Made by a program: the position numbers and the translations under genes. A stretch of 64,000 bases of DNA from Chthoniobacterales bacterium. Lineage in GTDB: Bacteria > Verrucomicrobiota > Verrucomicrobiia > Chthoniobacterales > Chthoniobacteraceae. Positions 59,501 through 64,000 of this stretch are shown piece after piece. The stretch is taken from assembly GCA_038207335.1 (NCBI GenBank), contig JBBQZX010000005.1, positions 32,001 through 96,000 on the forward strand. The letters run 5' to 3'. Below the pieces are notes generated by a model, which saw nothing but the letters and a program-made list of their open reading frames with translations, was not told where the DNA came from and made no database searches. Numbering within the stretch: position 1 is the stretch's first letter; every line of letters starts with the position of its first letter.

Positions 59501-60987
59501 CGATTGAAAAACTCACGACCGGTCTTCTCAGCGCGCTCACTTTCGCCAATGGCGACGAGGCGCGCATCGCGGCGGTTCGCAGCTTGATCGGGCTGCGCGA
59601 AAAGGACGCGCGCATCTTTCCAGCGATCACGAAACTACTCGGGACGGACACCACCGCGCCCGCTTCGCTGCAGCGCCAAATCATCGTGGCGCTCGGCGAA
59701 ACCGGCGACCCGGCGATCGGCTCCGCGCTAGTCGCATCATTTTCCAAACTACCGCCGGAGGCGCAGACTGCGGCGTTCGAGGCGCTGCTGCAGCGCGCGG
59801 ATTGGTCGCTGGCGATGCTCGATGCGGTGAAGGCGAAGCAGGTCGATCTCGCGACTTTTGGCCCGGCGAATCTCGCGCGGCTGCGGACGCATCCCGACAA
59901 GCAAGTCGCGAAGCGCGCGAACGCGGTGCTCGATGAACTGATGGGCCCGGCGATTGCGGCGAAAAACGAGGTGATCGCAAAGCTCACGCCGGAGGTGGAG
60001 AAGCCGGGTGACGCGGTGAAAGGCAAGGCGCTCTTCACGGCGACGTGCGCGATTTGCCACAAGCTCGGCGACGCGGGTGCGGACGTGGGCCCGGCGCTCA
60101 CAGGCATGGGCGCGCATGGCGCAGCGGAGTTGCTCACGGCGATCGTCGATCCGAATCGCGAGGTCGATCCGAGCTTCGTCGCGTGGAATATCGAGACGAA
60201 AGACGGCAATTTTCACGCCGGTGTTATCGCACGTGAAAACCCCGCGAGCCTTTTGCTGAAGAGCCTCGCGGGGCAGGAGGAGATCAAAGTCGCGGACATC
60301 AAAAGCCGCGTGAATACGGGTCGCTCGCTGATGCCAGAAGGCTTCGAGGCGCTCGGCGGCGAAGCGCTGCGCGACATCCTCAGCTACGTCTGCGGCGAGG
60401 ATGCGCGGTTCCGCGTGCTGAATTTGAAGGACGCGTTCACCACGACGACGGCGCATGGGATTTACGAAAATGAAGCGGCTGCGAACATCGAACTCGTGAA
60501 GAGCGGCAACGTGCTTTTCGACTCGGTGCCGTTCGATCTGGTGTCGGAGAAGAAGGCGCCGAAGAACGTGGTCGTGCTCCGGGGTGGGCCGAGTGACACG
60601 CTGGCGAGGAAGATGCCGAAGACGGTAGAGATCAAGGCGGGCGGCTTTAAGGCGAACCGGCTCCATTTTCTCGGCGGCATTGGCGGCTGGGCTTTTCCGT
60701 ACGATCGCGACGATGTGGTCGTGATGCGCGCGACGGTCGAGTACGTCGGCGGCGAAAAGGAGACGCTGGAGTTCAAGAATGGCGTGGAATTTGCCGACTA
60801 CAATGGGCAGCCGGAAGTGCCGGGCTCGAAGCTCGCGGCGGGGCTTTCGGCACGCGGACAAATCCGCTACTTTTCCAAGCGGCTCGCCAAAGGCGGAGCG
60901 ATCGACAAGATCATCCTCGAAAGCCCGGCGACGGCAATCGCGCCGACGACATTCGCCATCACTGCAGAACTCGCAAAAACCCCATGA
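56506..60987 (+). CDS. PVC-type heme-binding CxxCH protein: ThuA domain, beta-propeller dehydrogenase-like domain, HEAT repeats, cytochrome c and C-terminal jelly-roll
   Basis: Signal peptide; ThuA-like N-terminus; LVASEPMINKP, DTDGDG, GPDGAMYVADFY, GRIWRI; CAICH at 60046-60060, GPALTG, SLMPEG. Confidence 0.88.
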   Translation: MKRHFFSLFFLSLALVAALASAAEPLRVYIRSGVKTHGPNAHDHPHFLATWVPLLTERGIKVEGAIGWPTAEQMAQTDVIIVDADEAGDVTPEEKANVDAFTKRGGGLVVIHAASVAMKESAWWKATIGGSWVKGQTKWKEGPMDLYFVESERIEHQHPITKGAANFHLDDEIYYDMGISADVRVLATSYTPNVPAGKKVAEGGKVNIYDIQPQMWAYEKDGYRAFVSIPGHMNSTFELPNYRAILLRGIAWAGKRENVDEFCTKEEIASLTYPPGGPQRPADTRKALEVHPDFTMTLVASEPMINKPMNFDWDAAGRMWVAETPEYPNGRRGMRPDYRGKEWKDHGGLAPEPGVQERKGQDKISILTDTDGDGAMDKKEIFYEGLELVTGLVFYKDGVIVTQAPDILWLRDTTGDGKCDKVEKLYTGLGTGDTHAVINNPRWGWDGWIYCTHGYSGSRDVTNGDGSKHFGTIGSGVVRFKPDGSAFEQYSSKGGNTWGLEITGDNRVMWTQPTSGELLMQTVLPEYALARGKIGKTASYHVVEPSKKTFPLMTWEEQAYRQIDWVGSFTAAAGCVIYDGGSWPAEYNGDYFCTEPTINIIHHARLTPEGSSSTFHKLPGREETEFVRSGDMWWRPIEVRVGPDGAMYVADFYNQAVIHNDTRGPDHNKVNAAVRPDRDHYFGRIWRIDHKDAKNLAVPDLSKAGVEELAKALEHPNRVVRMTASRLLVEKGTVKDATAALQPTAIARAVNPILARGNPESRIAALWTLLGIRGITGDELNKATTDTDASVRRNGALIAEELNTVFWSRINDGTNPNRSKEIDLLPYGLITDADAQVRVAALRAIAASGAAAAAVGPASDSGDAARFIIQAWPKFDDDFQKSAAIGAAAQNPAASIAAALDAADSASLAPLVSALAETVGERNDTAAAAKLVVALSTKPAGADALKRSILDTLAKSLKDAPAMTPEIADALGNLLASGASGSVLPLAAKWDETGALKPAIEKLTTGLLSALTFANGDEARIAAVRSLIGLREKDARIFPAITKLLGTDTTAPASLQRQIIVALGETGDPAIGSALVASFSKLPPEAQTAAFEALLQRADWSLAMLDAVKAKQVDLATFGPANLARLRTHPDKQVAKRANAVLDELMGPAIAAKNEVIAKLTPEVEKPGDAVKGKALFTATCAICHKLGDAGADVGPALTGMGAHGAAELLTAIVDPNREVDPSFVAWNIETKDGNFHAGVIARENPASLLLKSLAGQEEIKVADIKSRVNTGRSLMPEGFEALGGEALRDILSYVCGEDARFRVLNLKDAFTTTTAHGIYENEAAANIELVKSGNVLFDSVPFDLVSEKKAPKNVVVLRGGPSDTLARKMPKTVEIKAGGFKANRLHFLGGIGGWAFPYDRDDVVVMRATVEYVGGEKETLEFKNGVEFADYNGQPEVPGSKLAAGLSARGQIRYFSKRLAKGGAIDKIILESPATAIAPTTFAITAELAKTP

Positions 60988-61742
60988 AAACACACCTCCT
61001 CGCTCTCGCCCTCTTCCTGCCTTTCGCCGCGCTCGATGCGCGCGCGGCGGAGTTCAAGCCGCAATTCACCGACGCCGTCCCGCAGCCGCCAGCAGCCAAG
61101 CCGGAGAAAGGCCCGCGCGTGCTGCTCGTCGGAGGTGGGAGTTCGCACGACTTCGTGAAATTCTTTGGCGCGTCGGACAAGGCGACGCTGGAGTCGGTCA
61201 CAGGCTGGGTCGATTTCACGCAAAATCTCAACGGCATCGGTGCGATTTTGCCGAACATCGACGTAATCGTTTTGAGCGCGAATCAGCCGATCAACGACGA
61301 GACGAAAGCGGCGCTGCTCGAGTTCGCGAATCGCGGCGGTGGGATCGTCGCGCTGCATCCCGGGACTTGGTATGCGTGGAGTAATTTCGCGGATTGGAAC
61401 AAGCAGATCGTCGGCGGCGGGACGCGCGGACACGACGCGCTCGGGCCTTACAAAGTGGAGGTGAAAGAGCCGGAGAACCCGATCACCAAAGGAGTTCCGG
61501 CCGATTTCGAAATCACGGACGAGCTCTACAATTACACCCCGGACAACGCCGCGACGCCGATCGAAGTGCTCGCGACAGCGACCAGCCCAAAGAGCGGGAA
61601 GACCTTTCCGCAAGTCTGGATCGTGAAGAATCCGAAGGCGCGGATCGTCGGAATCACGCTCGGCCACGACGAGCGCGCGCATGATCTCCCGGCGTATCAT
61701 GCGCTGCTGAAGAACGCAGTGCTCTGGGCTGCGGGAAAGTAA
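60984..61742 (+). CDS. Secreted ThuA-domain (GATase1-like) protein
   Basis: Signal peptide, GGGSSHDF, GGGIVALH, DELY, TLGHD, KNAVLWAAG; ATGA overlap. Confidence 0.85.
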   Translation: MKTHLLALALFLPFAALDARAAEFKPQFTDAVPQPPAAKPEKGPRVLLVGGGSSHDFVKFFGASDKATLESVTGWVDFTQNLNGIGAILPNIDVIVLSANQPINDETKAALLEFANRGGGIVALHPGTWYAWSNFADWNKQIVGGGTRGHDALGPYKVEVKEPENPITKGVPADFEITDELYNYTPDNAATPIEVLATATSPKSGKTFPQVWIVKNPKARIVGITLGHDERAHDLPAYHALLKNAVLWAAGK

Positions 61743-61775
61743 AACCCGTCGTTCGCTTTTCCCGCTCCGATGCGG

Positions 61776-62876
61776 TCAGTTCCGCAGAGGGGCAGGGACT
61801 TCGCGGAGAGCGGCGTCGGGGAGGATGAATGCGGACGAAGTGAGCGGGCTCGGCTCGTGGAGGATGTCGGGATGCAGGATGCCGGGGATGACTTGGACGG
61901 CGAAGATTTCCTGCACGGTGCCCTCGAAGCGGAGGAAGGCGACGGTGGCACCGGTGCGGAGGTCGATGACCCAGATGCCGCAACTGCGCTCGGCCATTTC
62001 ATCGAGAGGGATGCCGGCGAAGGTGGCGGTTTCGCGGACCTGCGAGAGGCCGACGAATGCGAGATGGCCGTGGAAGTCGAGGCCGCGCGTGAAGCCGGGG
62101 ACGCGCGCGAGGACGGTGGTGGACGCGCTTTTCATATCGACGACGGAGAGCGCGCCGATGCCGGACTCGAGGATGTAAAATCGGTCGGCGTGGATGCGCG
62201 GCGAGTGGGGCATGCAGAGGCCGGTGAGGAGGGCGTCGCCGGAGTTTACGTCGAGCAGGCAGCCGCCGGTGGCTTTGTTTTCGCGCCAGCCGCCGGGGGT
62301 GTCGGTGCGGCCGAGGCAGGTGACGTATTTTACGTGATCGTGGACGATGGCCATGCCGTTCAGGTGGCAGCGGTCCTCGGGGGCAAGGGCGGTGACGAAG
62401 GGCGGACGCCAGCGCGGGACGAAGCTGTGGTCGGCATCGAATGTGCAGAGGCAGGAGAAGCGGGTATTGACGGCCCAGAGCTCGGAGCCGATCCAGCCGA
62501 TCTCGTGGATGCGGATGTCGCCGCTGTGGTGGCGGCGGCGGGGGAGGAATGCGGCGTCGTGCGAGCCGGCGGGTTCGATTTTTCGCGCGACATCGGGCTG
62601 GTCGCGGAATTCCCAGACTTCGTTTTTCGTGCCGAGCGCGAGGCGGCCGGTCTCGGGCTGGTAGGCGAGGCCCATGGGGCTGGGAAAGTTGCGAAAGTGG
62701 GTATTCAGGGCGTCGTCGTCGGGGCGGACGAGGATGACGCGGCCGGCTTGGTAGGTGGAGACGGCGAGGGAGATGCCGAGTTCGCGGAGGAGCGCTGGGA
62801 AATTGCTCGTGTGGCTGCTGGTGAAAGGCGGCGGATCGGCGGGCGATGGCTCGCCAGGAGGGGTTTCGATGCTCAC
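61776..62876 (-). CDS. TIGR03032 / DUF4915 family beta-propeller protein
   Basis: STYQAG, VNTRFSCL, PEDRCHLNG, GLCMPHSPR, PGFTRG, GLSQVRE; GTG start at 62876 inferred. Confidence 0.88.
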   Translation of the reverse strand: MSIETPPGEPSPADPPPFTSSHTSNFPALLRELGISLAVSTYQAGRVILVRPDDDALNTHFRNFPSPMGLAYQPETGRLALGTKNEVWEFRDQPDVARKIEPAGSHDAAFLPRRRHHSGDIRIHEIGWIGSELWAVNTRFSCLCTFDADHSFVPRWRPPFVTALAPEDRCHLNGMAIVHDHVKYVTCLGRTDTPGGWRENKATGGCLLDVNSGDALLTGLCMPHSPRIHADRFYILESGIGALSVVDMKSASTTVLARVPGFTRGLDFHGHLAFVGLSQVRETATFAGIPLDEMAERSCGIWVIDLRTGATVAFLRFEGTVQEIFAVQVIPGILHPDILHEPSPLTSSAFILPDAALREVPAPLRN

Positions 62877-62923
62877 GGGAGACGCACTTGACAGAAGCGA
62901 TTGGCGCTGTCGATAACGCGAGG

Positions 62924-64000
62924 ATGAGGAACCCCCGAATGGTCTCGCATTGCTCGCGCCTTGAGAGGCTCGAGTCACGTATCGCACCCGCCACGATCAT
63001 GGTGCTGAATTATTCGGATCACGACGCCGGCAGCCTGCGGGTTGCGATCGAGAAGGCGAACATGGACCCGGGAAGCGACACGATTGTCTTCAAATCGAAA
63101 GGCGTAGTGAAGCTGCTGTCGGCACTGCCGACGATTACGGACGATCTCATTGTCTCGGGAGGGAAAAAGGCGAGCATTGACGGAGCGAACAAGGTGTCGC
63201 TGCTGTCGGTTTCCGGAGCGGGCCTCGATGTGACGCTGGACGGGCTGAAGCTCACGCATGGCTTCGGCGAGACTGGCAGCGCGCTTTTCATCGATGCTGA
63301 GGGCGGCACCCTGAAGCTCAAAAACTCGATCGTGACGGGCAATGTCGCGGCGCCCACGGTCGATGAATATGGCGACGCAGTCGGAGCGACGGATGTGAGC
63401 GGTGGCGCGATCACGAACGCGGCGGGGACGCTGGAGATCACGTCGAGCAAGATCACGAAAAATCAGGCGAAGACGGCGTTTGACGGCGCGAGCGCGAGCG
63501 GCGGTGCGATCTTCAATGCGGGGACGCTCAAGATCTCTGGAAAGACGACGATCAGCGGAAACAGCGCGACTGGTGCGATTGCGATGGGTGGTGCGATTTT
63601 CAACGATGAAGGCGGGAGCGTGAAGCTCGATGGAGTGCAGCTTTCGAAGAATGCGGCGAGAGGGGCGAATGGCATCGCAGGTGTGAACGGGAGCAAAGGC
63701 GCAAACGGAGCCCGTGGGGCGAAGGGCGAGGATGGCGAACCCGGGGAAGACGGCGTGAGCGGAGCGGATGGCACGGATGGCGGGAATGGACAGGCAGGTG
63801 CGATTTTCAATCTCGGCACGCTCACGATCGAGAGGTCGAAGATCACGGGAAATGCGGCTACCGGAGGCAATGGCGGCAACGGAGGCAATGGAGGCGCGGG
63901 CGGAAGTGGCGGCGCGGGTGGGGGCGGATATTCATACGGCGGATACCATTATCCTGGAGGGAGTCGTGGCTACGGCGGCGCGGGTGGCTACGGCGGCGCG
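62924..64000 (+). CDS. Large secreted protein (partial, runs off the window end): LESRIAPA leader, GSLRxAI motif, GGAI beta-helix repeats, collagen-like and Gly-rich segments
   Basis: Open frame from ATG 62924: MRNPRMVSHCSRLERLESRIAPATIMV...AGSLRVAIEKAN...GGAIFN; no stop before the window end, so it is absent from the ORF track. Confidence 0.8.
   Translation, partial: MRNPRMVSHCSRLERLESRIAPATIMVLNYSDHDAGSLRVAIEKANMDPGSDTIVFKSKGVVKLLSALPTITDDLIVSGGKKASIDGANKVSLLSVSGAGLDVTLDGLKLTHGFGETGSALFIDAEGGTLKLKNSIVTGNVAAPTVDEYGDAVGATDVSGGAITNAAGTLEITSSKITKNQAKTAFDGASASGGAIFNAGTLKISGKTTISGNSATGAIAMGGAIFNDEGGSVKLDGVQLSKNAARGANGIAGVNGSKGANGARGAKGEDGEPGEDGVSGADGTDGGNGQAGAIFNLGTLTIERSKITGNAATGGNGGNGGNGGAGGSGGAGGGGYSYGGYHYPGGSRGYGGAGGYGGA

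Overview
GC-rich bacterial chromosomal segment. It is very probably Verrucomicrobiota (Chthoniobacter-like), inferred from PEP-CTERM proteins, a PVC-type CxxCH heme protein and LESRIAPA-leader secreted proteins. It carries about 55 protein-coding genes. No rRNA, tRNA, CRISPR array, integrase or transposase was recognised. Housekeeping genes (sppA, thiL, tsaE, mntR-mntH-usp, pckG, murU/amgK-like, gpsA, plsY, polX, recJ) alternate with accessory loci: the end of a TonB/putative-porin cluster, a ketosynthase plus catalytically dead partner, a TPR / receiver-pseudokinase-FGE-fold / secreted-protein operon, several large secreted beta-helix proteins (one a frameshifted pseudogene), a read-through double PEP-CTERM gene and a 15-gene fully overlapping glycosylation operon. 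Unexplained non-coding structure includes a 21-bp-phased repeat array with a ~62-bp repeat beside it (21.46-21.85 kb), a perfect palindrome that is probably a DtxR/MntR operator, and a kb-scale alternation of G-rich and C-rich sequence. An unlisted 27-aa basic small ORF is also present. All calls come from motif recognition by eye, and no database searches were run.
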